From: an uncultured Chloroflexia bacterium
GTDB lineage: Bacteria > Chloroflexota > Limnocylindria > Limnocylindrales > CSP1-4
Direction of reading: 5' to 3'
Length of the DNA: 64,000 bases
Assembly: GCA_963749705.1 (NCBI GenBank)
Contig: CAVVNQ010000006.1
Span: 160,001-224,000, forward strand
In this document: positions 1-9,144 of the stretch, in pieces
Layout: each line of letters begins with the position of its first letter
How positions within the stretch are numbered: position 1 is the stretch's first letter
Made by a program: the position numbers and the translations under genes
The notes under the pieces: model-generated
The model's database searches: none
The model's input: the letters and a program-made list of their open reading frames with translations, nothing else
Told to the model about the DNA's origin: nothing

Positions 1-162
1 GCCGATCCCCAGACGGTGCTCCGGGCAGCGATCACGCACGGCGATGACGTCCTGCGGTTCGAGGTCGCCGACTCTTCGCTCGAGGAAGTGTTCGTCGAGC
101 GGGTCGGAGCGATCGACCGTGGCGAGGAGACTCTCGCAGCGGCAACGGAGGCACGAGCATGA
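1..162 (+). CDS. ABC transporter ATP-binding protein, C-terminal end (partial)
   Basis: Frame 1 reads ADPQTVLRAAI...RFEVADSSLEEVFVERV, stop TGA 160-162 overlapping the next ATG (ATGA); the SLEEVF tail is typical of ABC-2 ATPases. Confidence 0.75.
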   Translation, partial: ADPQTVLRAAITHGDDVLRFEVADSSLEEVFVERVGAIDRGEETLAAATEARA

Positions 163-1490
163 CCGGGCTGTCGCGGACCTGGCGCAACATGGCGATCATC
201 GCGCGCCGCGAGTTCGCCGTTCGGGTCCGGACCCGAAGCTTCCGGTTCGGCACCGCGCTGCTGGTCATCGGCGCCGTAACGATCGCGCTGCTGCCGGTGA
301 TCATCCAGTCGCTCGACCGCCTGGACCACACGCGCATCGCCGTGGCCGCGGAGTCGCCCCAGATCGCGACGTCCGCGCAACTCACGCTCGATCAGCTGCT
401 CAACGCACCCGCCGACAGCAGCACGACGAAGAAGGCCGATGCGTTCGAGATCGTCGTCGTCACGGACCCGGCCAAGGCGCGCGACGGGGTCGAGGCCGGC
501 GACTACGGGGCCGCGCTCGCGATCGACCGGTTGGCGTCGGGCGAGCTCGACTTCGTCCTGTACACGAACGACACCGCCAACGGACGGACCGCGACGCTGA
601 TCCGCCAGGGTGCGAACGCCATCGCCATCGCCGATCGTCTCGATCGTGCCGGGGTCGCGCCAGCCGACCAGGCAACGATGTTCAAGGCGGCCACGTTCAA
701 GGTCAGCTGGCCCGACCCGACGCGGACGGATCCGCCGAAGGACTCGATCGCGGCCGTCGGGCAGGACCTGCTGGGCTTCGGGATGACGATCCTGATCTTC
801 ATGATCATCGTGATGTACGGCAACTGGATCGCGATGAGCGTGGTCGAGGAGAAGTCCTCCCGGGTGATGGAGGTGGTCCTCAACGCGGCCACGCCGTTCC
901 AGCTCCTGGGCGGCAAGGTCCTCGGCGTGGGCGCCGTTGCGTTCACCCAGTACGCCTCCGTCGTCGTGGCAGGCCTCGCGGGCCTGGCGCTCCAGGGGCA
1001 GGTTGCCGCGATCGTGCTGGGAGAGAACGCCGGTGCCCTCTCGCTGCCCGAGGGGCTGACGCCCGTGCTGCTGCTGGCGTTCGGCGTCTACGGCGTGCTC
1101 GGCTTCCTGCTGTACGCGTCGCTGTACGCGGCCGCGGGCTCGCTGGTGAGCAGGATCGAGGACGTCAATGCCGCGGTGATGCCGATGACGTTCCTGTCGC
1201 TCGGCGGCTACATGGTCGGCGTGTACGCGGCAACCGGCCTGCTCGATGTCGGATCCGGCGTGATCACCGCGATGGCCCAGATCCCGTTCTTCAGCCCGTT
1301 CATGATGCTCGGCCGGATCGCGGTCGGCGGAGCGGAGCCGTGGGAGATCGTGCTGTCGCTCGCCCTGCTCGTGGTCGCGATCGTGATCGCCGTGTGGCTC
1401 GCCTCGCGGATCTATGCCGCCGGCGTGCTGCTCTACGGCCAGCGACCCGGGGCGCGGACCGTGTGGCGCCTGTTCCGGGAAGGGATGTAG
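159..1490 (+). CDS. ABC-2 type transporter permease (NatB/YhaP-like)
   Basis: 443 aa; IARREF N-terminus, SVVEEKSSRVMEV and LLGGKVLG motifs, multiple TM segments. Confidence 0.9.
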   Translation: MTGLSRTWRNMAIIARREFAVRVRTRSFRFGTALLVIGAVTIALLPVIIQSLDRLDHTRIAVAAESPQIATSAQLTLDQLLNAPADSSTTKKADAFEIVVVTDPAKARDGVEAGDYGAALAIDRLASGELDFVLYTNDTANGRTATLIRQGANAIAIADRLDRAGVAPADQATMFKAATFKVSWPDPTRTDPPKDSIAAVGQDLLGFGMTILIFMIIVMYGNWIAMSVVEEKSSRVMEVVLNAATPFQLLGGKVLGVGAVAFTQYASVVVAGLAGLALQGQVAAIVLGENAGALSLPEGLTPVLLLAFGVYGVLGFLLYASLYAAAGSLVSRIEDVNAAVMPMTFLSLGGYMVGVYAATGLLDVGSGVITAMAQIPFFSPFMMLGRIAVGGAEPWEIVLSLALLVVAIVIAVWLASRIYAAGVLLYGQRPGARTVWRLFREGM

Positions 1491-1524
1491 ACCGAGCGTC
1501 GGTCACCCGCGCCCGAGGATCCGA

Positions 1525-2301
1525 TCACTCGCGACCGGTCACCGGCCGCTCGGATCCGCGCACGCCGGGTGCCCACGGGATGACCATCCGGCGCAGCAGC
1601 CCCACGGCCGCGTACAGGACCAGCGACATCGCCGACGTCACGACCACGGCCGCGAACACGAGGTCCGTGCGAAACGCGTTCTGCGACAGCTGCATCCAGA
1701 TGCCGAGGCCCTCGCGGGCACCGACGTACTCGCCGAACACGGCGCCGATCACCGCGTACACGACGGAGATCCGCAGCCCCGTGAACAGGTTCGGCAGCGC
1801 CGACGGCCAGCGCAGCTTGCGGAAGGTCTGGCCGTCGGTCGCGCCGTAGGAGCGCAGCAGCTCGGCCGACTCCGGGGGCGCGCTGCGGAGCCCGTCCAGC
1901 AACGCCACCACGATCGGGAAGAACGTGACCAGGACCACGACCAGGACCTTGGGCGCCAGCCCGAACCCGAACCACAGCAGGAACAGCGGTGCGAGCGCGA
2001 CGATCGGGATCGTCTGCGACGTGACCAGCAGCGGCTCCACGGCGCGGCGCACCACCGGCGCTCGGTCCATCGCGATCGCCGCGCCGACCGCGAGCACGAC
2101 GGCGATGCAGAACCCGATCACCGTCTCGAGCAGGGTCGGGACCGCGTGACGGACCGCTTCCGCGCGGAACGCCCACAGCGCGTCGAGGATCTGGACCGGT
2201 CCCGGCAGCACGACCGGGCTCACCCCGGCGAGCCGGACGTACGCCTCCCACGCGGCCAGCAGCACGACGACGACGGCGAGGGGCGCAGCACGCGATCTCA
2301 T
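1525..2301 (-). CDS. ABC transporter permease, NitT/TauT (ThiX-like) family
   Basis: SQTIPIVALAPL, FFPIVV, LRWPSALP, GAVFGEY motifs; downstream of NMT1/THI5 binding protein. Confidence 0.9.
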   Translation of the reverse strand: MRSRAAPLAVVVVLLAAWEAYVRLAGVSPVVLPGPVQILDALWAFRAEAVRHAVPTLLETVIGFCIAVVLAVGAAIAMDRAPVVRRAVEPLLVTSQTIPIVALAPLFLLWFGFGLAPKVLVVVLVTFFPIVVALLDGLRSAPPESAELLRSYGATDGQTFRKLRWPSALPNLFTGLRISVVYAVIGAVFGEYVGAREGLGIWMQLSQNAFRTDLVFAAVVVTSAMSLVLYAAVGLLRRMVIPWAPGVRGSERPVTGRE

Positions 2302-2335
2302 CGCGGGCCGCGGCTCGCGGTCCGGAGCCAGCGTC

Positions 2336-3463
2336 TCACGGCAGGAAGTCGTTGGTGAACAGGGCGCCGTAGTCCGGCGGGGCGGCGAGCGGCGTACCGG
2401 ATGCGTCGGTCAGCAGTCCCTGGTCGTACAGGAACCCCGAGTAGCCCTCCCACTTGGCCAGGGTCTGGGTCCCGACCTTGCCCGCCTCGTCCACGAGCAG
2501 ACCCTTGTCCGCCATGTACTGGGCGCTCTCGCGGGGCAGGGCAGGGTTCGCGTCGAACACGCCCGGGTTCTGCGCGATGAGCAGGTCGGCCGCCGCCGCC
2601 GGATCCTCTGCCGCGAACGCGAACCCACGGGCGGTTGCGCCGATGAATGCCTTCGCGGTCACCGGGTCGCGCGCGAGCCAGCCGGCGTCGCACGCGAGGA
2701 CGACCTGGTAGAAGTCGGGAAAGCCGTAGTCCGCGAACTCGAAGGTGCGCAGGGCGATCCCCCGCTCCGCCGCCTCGATCCCTTCCCAGGCGCTGAACGA
2801 GATCACGAAATCGGCTCGCTTTGCGTACAGCGCCTCGTATGCGGCCGTCTCGAGCGTCACGGTGTCGAAGGTCCCCTTGCCACCATCGGCGCGGATCACG
2901 GACTGCAGCGTCGGCACCTCGTTCGGATACCCGAAGCCGGCGTAGGTTTTGCCGTCGAGGTCGCGCGGTCGGTTGATGTCGGACGATGCGAGGACCGCGA
3001 TGTCCTGGGCCGTGTGCTGGAGGATCGCCATCGTGGACACGATCGGGGCGCCGGCCGCCACCGCGAACGTCAGCGCGTCCTGGAAGCTGATCCCGCATTC
3101 GGCCTGATGGGCGGCCAGGATCGCCTCAGGCGCGGTGCCGCCGTAGGGCAGCACGTCGAGCTCGACGCCCGCGTCCGCGTACCAGCCCTTCGCCTGCGCG
3201 ACGTAGAAGCCAAGGTGGTTGGTGTTGGGGGTCCAGTCCAGGGCAAGCCGGACGGGCGTGGGCGGGACCGCCGTCGCAGGCTGGACGGTGGGGCTCGCGG
3301 CGGCCGACGGCGGTGGCGCGCTCGCCGGCGCGTCGAGTGATCCGGTCGCTCCGCTCGACCCGCACCCCGCTAGGACGAGGGCAGCCACGAGCGCGAGCGG
3401 CAGGATGCCGGTGCCACGGGTGCGGGTTCTGGTGATCACGGTCGCGTCGATACCTCCTGGCAC
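2336..3463 (-). CDS. NMT1/THI5-like ABC substrate-binding lipoprotein (thiamine/HMP precursor, ThiY-like); start uncertain
   Basis: Lipobox LAGC, LDWTPNTNH motif, preceded by TPP riboswitch. Confidence 0.9.
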   Translation of the reverse strand: MPGGIDATVITRTRTRGTGILPLALVAALVLAGCGSSGATGSLDAPASAPPPSAAASPTVQPATAVPPTPVRLALDWTPNTNHLGFYVAQAKGWYADAGVELDVLPYGGTAPEAILAAHQAECGISFQDALTFAVAAGAPIVSTMAILQHTAQDIAVLASSDINRPRDLDGKTYAGFGYPNEVPTLQSVIRADGGKGTFDTVTLETAAYEALYAKRADFVISFSAWEGIEAAERGIALRTFEFADYGFPDFYQVVLACDAGWLARDPVTAKAFIGATARGFAFAAEDPAAAADLLIAQNPGVFDANPALPRESAQYMADKGLLVDEAGKVGTQTLAKWEGYSGFLYDQGLLTDASGTPLAAPPDYGALFTNDFLP

Positions 3464-3504
3464 GAGATCGCCGCCCCCGGGGACCGGGGACGGCGTCGAC
3501 GCGA

Positions 3505-3600
3505 GCGGGCCTGCTTCCTACACCGGTACGAACCGGATCAGGTTCCGCGGGTCTGTGGCGAAGCCACACTCTCAGCGCGCTGGGCGCTCCCCGGAGGCGA
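3505..3600 (-). ncRNA. TPP riboswitch (THI element)
   Basis: Minus strand GGGGAGC...GCTGAGAG...GACCCGCGGAACCTGATCCGGTTCGTACCGGTGTAGGAAG matches the TPP consensus; upstream of a THI5-like gene. Confidence 0.93.
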
Positions 3601-3621
3601 ATGTTCAGTTGTCGCCGCAGT

Positions 3622-4542
3622 CTACACCGCGGCCGGCGCAACCTCTGCCGGCGCATCGCCCGCCGGCGCAACCCCCGCCGGCGCGTTGGCGCGGATCCAG
3701 GCGACGACCTCGGCCAGGACGTCCTCATGCTCCGGCTCGTGGTGGCATTCGTGGCGCAGGCCGTCGTGGACGCGGCGGGTCACCCCGTCGATCCCCTCGA
3801 GACCCTCGCTCGCGGCCACCGGGACGATGGGGTCCGCGGAGCCATGGAACACGTACGTCGGCACGGGCATCGCCACCAGGCCGCGGATCGCGTTCTTCAC
3901 CCGGTCCTGCTCCGCGAACGCCTCGGCGCCGAGACGGATGGTCGACCTGGACTGGCACAGCGGATCGGCGTCCGCAACCGCCCGCACCTCTGGATCACGC
4001 GACAGGCCGTCCTCCGCCAGGTCGTTGGCGAGGCGCATCCGGGGCACGACGTTGGTCAGCAGCGCCGCCAGCCGGCGCCGCCAGGTCGGGATGCTGGAGT
4101 CGATCCCGGGGGCCGACAGGACGAGCAGGTCGGGCAGCGCGCGCGGGGCGTCGGCGAGGACGTACCCGAGCGCGACCAGCCCACCCATCGAGTGGCCGTA
4201 CAGGATCAGCGGCAGCTCGGGTCGAGCATCGCGAAGCGTCCCGATCCGGGCCTCCAGGTCGTCGTGGTACTGGCTCCAGCGGTCGACGTAGGCGCGTGGC
4301 CCGGCCGATCCGCCGAATCCCCGATGGTCGTAGGCGTGGACCTCGATGCCGGCGGCAGTCAGCGCCCGAGCCACGGGCCCGTAGCGACCGCCGTGCTCGC
4401 CCAGCCCATGGACCACGAGCGCCTGCGCCCACGGCTCCTCGTCCGTCCTCCACGTGAGCGTGCGCAGGAGGGTGCCGTCCGGCATCCGCGCGGTGGACTC
4501 GCTCGGGACACTCGGGTTCGCCGCTGGCTCGGGATTCGTCAT
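3622..4542 (-). CDS. alpha/beta hydrolase (lysophospholipase/monoglyceride lipase)
   Basis: VHGLGEHGGRY, DHRGFG, GHSMGG, HGSADPIV, RHECHHE; GGAGG SD before ATG 4542. Confidence 0.9.
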   Translation of the reverse strand: MTNPEPAANPSVPSESTARMPDGTLLRTLTWRTDEEPWAQALVVHGLGEHGGRYGPVARALTAAGIEVHAYDHRGFGGSAGPRAYVDRWSQYHDDLEARIGTLRDARPELPLILYGHSMGGLVALGYVLADAPRALPDLLVLSAPGIDSSIPTWRRRLAALLTNVVPRMRLANDLAEDGLSRDPEVRAVADADPLCQSRSTIRLGAEAFAEQDRVKNAIRGLVAMPVPTYVFHGSADPIVPVAASEGLEGIDGVTRRVHDGLRHECHHEPEHEDVLAEVVAWIRANAPAGVAPAGDAPAEVAPAAV

Positions 4543-4605
4543 TGGTGGCTCGCACCTCCGGCTCCCAGCGTAGACCGTCCCGCGCGCCGCCGCTACGATC
4601 CACTG

Positions 4606-5436
4606 ATGACGCACCCCTGGACAGAGATCGGCGACCGCGTGTTCGTGCGCCGCTACCAGTTCCTCGACCAGAACATCGTCGTCGTGCTCGACGGGGACGA
4701 GGCTCTGGTCGTCGATACCCGGACGACCTATCGCCAGGCCCGCGAGATCGTCGACGACCTGCGGTCGCTCGGGAGCCCGCGGGTCAGCGTTGTGGTCAAC
4801 ACGCACGGCCATTACGACCACGCGTTTGGCAATCGCGTGTTCCGCCCGGTTCCGATCTGGGGTCACGAGCGGTCCGTGACGATGATCGAGCGGTTCGGGG
4901 ATCAACAGCGCGCGTCGACCGCAGCCGATGTCCCGGAGCTCGCCGCCGAGCTTGCCGAGGTCGAGCTCGATCCGCCGGACCGGACGTTCGCGGAGCGAGC
5001 GACGGTCGAGATTGGCAGTCGTGCGGTCGAGCTCACCTACCTCGGCCGCGGTCACACCGACAACGACATCGTGATCCGGGTTCCGGACGCCGACGTGATG
5101 TGCGCGGGCGACCTGCTCGAGAACGGCGCGCCGCCGTACTTCGGCGACAGCTACCCGATCGACTGGCCGGCCACCGCGGAACGACTGCTCGAGCTGGTCG
5201 GCGACCGGACCGTCGTCGTGCCCGGCCACGGTGCGTATGCGGGCCGCAGCTTCGTGGAGACGTCGCTGAACGACCTCCGGAGCGTCGCGGCGCTCGCCCG
5301 GCAGGTCGCGGCCGGGGAGCTGGACCTCGAGGTGGCGATGGTCGCCGCTCCGTACCCCTCGGGCGCGGCGCGCGAGCCGCTCGAGCGGGCGATCGCGCAG
5401 GTCCGGGGTGAGCTCGACGCCGCCCCGGATCGCTAG
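4606..5436 (+). CDS. MBL-fold metallo-hydrolase
   Basis: NTHGHYDHAFGN, GHTDND, GDL, VPGHG; TACGAT 6 nt before ATG. Confidence 0.9.
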   Translation: MTHPWTEIGDRVFVRRYQFLDQNIVVVLDGDEALVVDTRTTYRQAREIVDDLRSLGSPRVSVVVNTHGHYDHAFGNRVFRPVPIWGHERSVTMIERFGDQQRASTAADVPELAAELAEVELDPPDRTFAERATVEIGSRAVELTYLGRGHTDNDIVIRVPDADVMCAGDLLENGAPPYFGDSYPIDWPATAERLLELVGDRTVVVPGHGAYAGRSFVETSLNDLRSVAALARQVAAGELDLEVAMVAAPYPSGAAREPLERAIAQVRGELDAAPDR

Positions 5437-6431
5437 CCCGAGACGCGCACCACCCAGCGTCCGCGAGCCTGGCCGGCGACGATCGCGTCCAGCGCCGGTT
5501 CGAGCGTCTCGAGATTCACCTCGGTGACGCCGTCATCAATACCGCCCGGGCGCAGGTCGGTGGCAAGCCGGCTCCACAGCGCGCGTCGGGGCCCGATCGC
5601 CATGTTCGCCGAGTCCATCCCGAGCAGCGCCACGCCACGCAGGATGAACGGAAACACGGTGGTGGCGAGGTCTGCCCCGCTGGCGTTGCCCGATGACGCG
5701 ACCGCCGCACCGATTCGGAGCGTGCGGAGAACGTAGGGCAGGGTCGCCGAGCCCACGGTGTCGACGGCCCCGGCCCACCGGGCGGACTCGAGCGGGCGAC
5801 CCGGAGCCGTCACCTCGTCTCGGGTCAGGAACCCGGCCGCGCCCAGCCTCCGCAGCCGATCGTGCTCGCCGGCCTTGCCGGTCGCGGCCCAGACCTCGTG
5901 GCCGCGCGACGCGAGGATCGCGATCGCCGTCGATCCCACGCCACCCGAGGCGCCCGTCACCAGCACAGGTCCATCGCCGGGGCGGAGGCCGTGGTCCTCG
6001 AGCGCCGCCACGCTCATCGCCGCCGTGAACCCGGCCGTGCCGATCGCCATCGCGTCGCGTGCGGTCAGGGCATCGGGGAGGGGCACAACCCAGCTCGACG
6101 GGATGCGAGCGAGATCCCCGTAGCCGCCATGACGTGCGGTCCCGATCTCGTACCCATTGGCGAGCACCGGCTTCCCCACCGGGAAAGCGGGATCGTCCGA
6201 TGCCGCGATCTCGCCCGCGAGGTCGATCCCCGGCACCAGCGGGTACGAGCGCGCCACCCGCCCGTCCTCGCGAGCCGCCAGCCCGTCCTTGAAGTTGACG
6301 CTGGACCACGTCACCCGAACGGTCACCTCGCCCGGCGGCAGGTCCGACGTGGACAGCTCCCGGAGACCGCGGGTGAATGACCCGCCAGCCGGCTTGTCGA
6401 CGACGTAGGCGCGGAAGGTCTGGTCGCTCAT
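5433..6431 (-). CDS. acuI: acryloyl-CoA reductase-like MDR oxidoreductase (YhdH/AcuI family)
   Basis: SSVNFKDGLA, PGIDLAG, GTAGFTA, VTGASGGVGS, TVFPFILRGV. Confidence 0.85.
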   Translation of the reverse strand: MSDQTFRAYVVDKPAGGSFTRGLRELSTSDLPPGEVTVRVTWSSVNFKDGLAAREDGRVARSYPLVPGIDLAGEIAASDDPAFPVGKPVLANGYEIGTARHGGYGDLARIPSSWVVPLPDALTARDAMAIGTAGFTAAMSVAALEDHGLRPGDGPVLVTGASGGVGSTAIAILASRGHEVWAATGKAGEHDRLRRLGAAGFLTRDEVTAPGRPLESARWAGAVDTVGSATLPYVLRTLRIGAAVASSGNASGADLATTVFPFILRGVALLGMDSANMAIGPRRALWSRLATDLRPGGIDDGVTEVNLETLEPALDAIVAGQARGRWVVRVSG

Positions 6432-6500
6432 GGCGCCGATCATAGGCGGGCCGTGCGGTTCGCCGGCTCCCGGTCGCGCGGTGCGCCCCGGATCGCGGTC

Positions 6501-6596
6501 GGGGCACGTCGCCAGTCCGGGGCACGTCGCCAGTCCGAGGCGCGCTTGCCAGTCCCGGGCGCGTCGCCAGTCCGGGGCGCGCTTGCCGCTCCGGGG
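6501..6596. repeat. Five tandem 18-19 bp repeats (GGGGCACGTCGCCAGTCC-like)
   Basis: Units start at 6501, 6519, 6537, 6556, 6574; the first two are identical. Confidence 0.85.
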
Positions 6597-6836
6597 TCCC
6601 GGTCACTGATGCCCCCTGGGCGTCAGTAACCCTCCGCGCCGGTCCTCGTGATGCGGATCGGGCATCACGTCGCGGCAAACAAGCCCCGATCCAGACCGCG
6701 CACCGTTCGATCGATGCCTCGTGGGAGACACCGCGACCACAACCAGCCGAAATTGATGCCCCGGAGGCGTCGGCGGCGGGGTGCACGGCCCCCGCCGCCG
6801 AACCGCCCGCACCGGGCCAGCTCACTCGCCGCCGGT

Positions 6837-6865
6837 TCCCGGCAAACTCACAGCAACCTCTCAGC
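6837..6865 (+). promoter_or_regulatory. PhoP-type direct-repeat box upstream of the response regulator
   Basis: TCCCGGC-aaac-TCACAGC-aacc-TCTCAGC, 11-bp period. Confidence 0.7.
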
Positions 6866-6886
6866 CGCGCGAGGTGAACTGACCGC

Positions 6887-7588
6887 ATGCACGCCGCGTC
6901 CGCGCACGTGCTCGTCGTCGATGACGAGCCCGCGATCACCGACCTCCTTGCCACGGCCCTGCGCTACATGGGCTACCAGGTCACCACGGCCGCGACGGGC
7001 CTGGCAGCGCTCGAGGCCGCCGCCTCCGGGGCACCGGACCTGGTCGTGCTCGACGTGATGCTCCCGGACATCGACGGCTTCGAGGTCTGCCGCAGGCTGC
7101 GGGCCGCGCGCGACTTCGTGCCGGTGATCTTCCTGTCCGCGCGCGACACGGAGGACGATCGGGTCACCGGGTTCGTCCGCGGGGGCGATGACTACGTGAC
7201 CAAGCCGTTCTCGCTCGAGGAGCTGACGCTCCGGATCGGTGCCCTCCTGCGCCGGGTGCGCGGCGGTGACACCGAGGCGGTCCGCCTCCGTTACCGCGAC
7301 CTCGAGATGGACGAGGACCGCCACCAGGTCTGGCGGGCGGGCCGCGAGGTCGCACTCTCCCCCACCGAGTTCCGCCTGCTCCGCTACTTCCTGCTCAACC
7401 CGGACCGGGTGCTTTCCAAGCAGCAGATCCTCGACCACGTCTGGCAGTACGACTTCAACGGCGAGGACAACGTCGTGGAAACGTATGTCAGCTACCTCCG
7501 CAGGAAGCTGGACGACCCGGAGCCGAGGCTGCTCCAGACGGTCCGGGGCTTCGGCTACGTGCTGCGCGCCGAGGGCGACCCATCGTGA
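6887..7588 (+). CDS. phoP: OmpR/PhoB-family response regulator, mycobacterial PhoP-like
   Basis: VLVVDDE, LDVMLPD, GGDDYVTKPFSLEE, LSPTEF, ILDHVW, NVVETYVSYLRRK closely resemble M. tuberculosis PhoP as recalled. Confidence 0.85.
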   Translation: MHAASAHVLVVDDEPAITDLLATALRYMGYQVTTAATGLAALEAAASGAPDLVVLDVMLPDIDGFEVCRRLRAARDFVPVIFLSARDTEDDRVTGFVRGGDDYVTKPFSLEELTLRIGALLRRVRGGDTEAVRLRYRDLEMDEDRHQVWRAGREVALSPTEFRLLRYFLLNPDRVLSKQQILDHVWQYDFNGEDNVVETYVSYLRRKLDDPEPRLLQTVRGFGYVLRAEGDPS

Positions 7589-7637
7589 CCGACCCCTCCG
7601 CCCGGGCCGCCCGGCGTCGCGACGACGGCCCTCGGCC

Positions 7638-9089
7638 GTGACCCTGCGCACGCGGCTGCTGGTGTCGCTGGGGCTGATGCTGGCCGTGGCGCTGGTGGGC
7701 GCCGGGGCACTCGTCGTCGGCCTGACGCGAGCCTCGCTGGTGGACCAGGTGGACCGCGAGGTGCGGTCGGTGGGCACCGACGTCAACCGTCTCGAGCGGA
7801 TCGCGGCCACCCTCGCGACCGACGACCTGACCGGACGCCGGCTGGCGCTGATGCGGCTCGACCGCCAGGGCCGGATCGTGCAATCACTTCCGTCCGGGTT
7901 CGCCAGCAGCCCGGATCCGCTGCCCGCGATGCCGGTCTATCCGGGGGGAATCCCGCCCACCGCCTTCGACAGGGTGATCGAGGTCCCGGCCGAGGACGGC
8001 ACGACGCGCTACCGCGTGGTCATCGAGCACGGTCGGGCGAACCTCGTGTTCGCCGTCGCCGCCCCGCTCGCCGGCGTCGATGACGCAATCCGGACGCTCG
8101 TCCGCAGCCTGGTCCTGGTGGGCGCGCTGGCCATGGTGGCGCTGCTGGCCGTCGCCTGGGTCGTCGTCCGTCGCGGCCTCTTGCCGCTCGAGCGGATCTC
8201 GCGCACGGCCGAGCAGATCACCGCGGGCGACCTGTCCCATCGAGCCGGGATCCCCCACGACGATACGGAGGTTGGGCGCCTGGGCACGGCGTTCGACGCA
8301 ATGCTCGACCAGATCGAGTCGAGCTTCGCGGAGCAGCAGGCCGCCCTGGACGCCAAGGCCGGCTCGGAGGTCCAGCTCCGCCGCTTCGTCGCCGACGCAT
8401 CGCATGAGCTGCGGACGCCGTTGACGGCGATCCTCGGCTACGCGGACCTGTACCACGCCGGCGGCCTCGGCGATGCCGCGGGCCTCGATGTCGCGATGGA
8501 CCGTATCGGTACCGAAGGCCGGCGGATGAGCACCCTGGTTGACGACCTGCTGCTGCTCGCGCGGCTCGACCAGGGCCGCCCGCTCCGCCGCGATCCGGTG
8601 AGCCTGACCCGGATCGTCGAGGACGCCGTCGCCGACGCGCGCGCGCTCGAACCGGAGCGCCCGATCGATGCTGCGATCGAGCCGGACGTCCTCGTCACCG
8701 GCGACGAGGACCGGTTGCGACAGGTGGTCGGCAACCTGCTCGCCAACGTGCGCATCCACATCCCGAGGCGCGCCAGCGTCGACATCGCCGTCAAGCGTGA
8801 CGTCGGGTTCGCGGAGCTCCGCGTCGCCGACCGAGGACCGGGCGTGGATCCCGTCCACGGCGCCCGCGTCTTCGACCGCTTCTACCGGGCCGATCCCGGC
8901 CGGGCGCGCGACAGCGGCGGGACCGGCCTTGGCCTCTCGATCGCGACCTCGATCGTCGCTGCCCACGGCGGCGAGCTGTGGCACGAGCCGACGCCCGCCG
9001 GCGGCGCCACCTTCGTGGTCCGCCTCCCGATCACAGCAACATCACAGCCCGTCCCCGGCCCGGTTTCAGGCGACGCCACGACCATCTGA
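7638..9089 (+). CDS. HAMP-domain sensor histidine kinase (PhoR-like)
   Basis: Two TM segments, HAMP, FVADASHELRTPLT, NLLAN, DRGPG, FDRFYR, GTGLGLSI; GTG start 7638. Confidence 0.93.
   Translation: MTLRTRLLVSLGLMLAVALVGAGALVVGLTRASLVDQVDREVRSVGTDVNRLERIAATLATDDLTGRRLALMRLDRQGRIVQSLPSGFASSPDPLPAMPVYPGGIPPTAFDRVIEVPAEDGTTRYRVVIEHGRANLVFAVAAPLAGVDDAIRTLVRSLVLVGALAMVALLAVAWVVVRRGLLPLERISRTAEQITAGDLSHRAGIPHDDTEVGRLGTAFDAMLDQIESSFAEQQAALDAKAGSEVQLRRFVADASHELRTPLTAILGYADLYHAGGLGDAAGLDVAMDRIGTEGRRMSTLVDDLLLLARLDQGRPLRRDPVSLTRIVEDAVADARALEPERPIDAAIEPDVLVTGDEDRLRQVVGNLLANVRIHIPRRASVDIAVKRDVGFAELRVADRGPGVDPVHGARVFDRFYRADPGRARDSGGTGLGLSIATSIVAAHGGELWHEPTPAGGATFVVRLPITATSQPVPGPVSGDATTI
9031..9048 (+). promoter_or_regulatory. 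Perfect PhoP box inside the kinase 3' end
   Basis: TCACAGC-aaca-TCACAGC about 100 bp upstream of the next gene. Confidence 0.75.
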
Positions 9090-9144
9090 TCACCGCGCCG
9101 CAGCGAGATCCCCGCGGCACGCCACTAACCGGAGGCATCCACGC

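Noticed and set aside
3625-3690. 15-bp tandem repeats at the hydrolase 3' end
   Set aside because: They encode a low-complexity APAGV/APAGD/APAEV tail; ordinary
6600-6700. c-di-GMP-I riboswitch (GGCAAAC present)
   Set aside because: Downstream GCAAAG and second-stem elements are missing and the position does not fit
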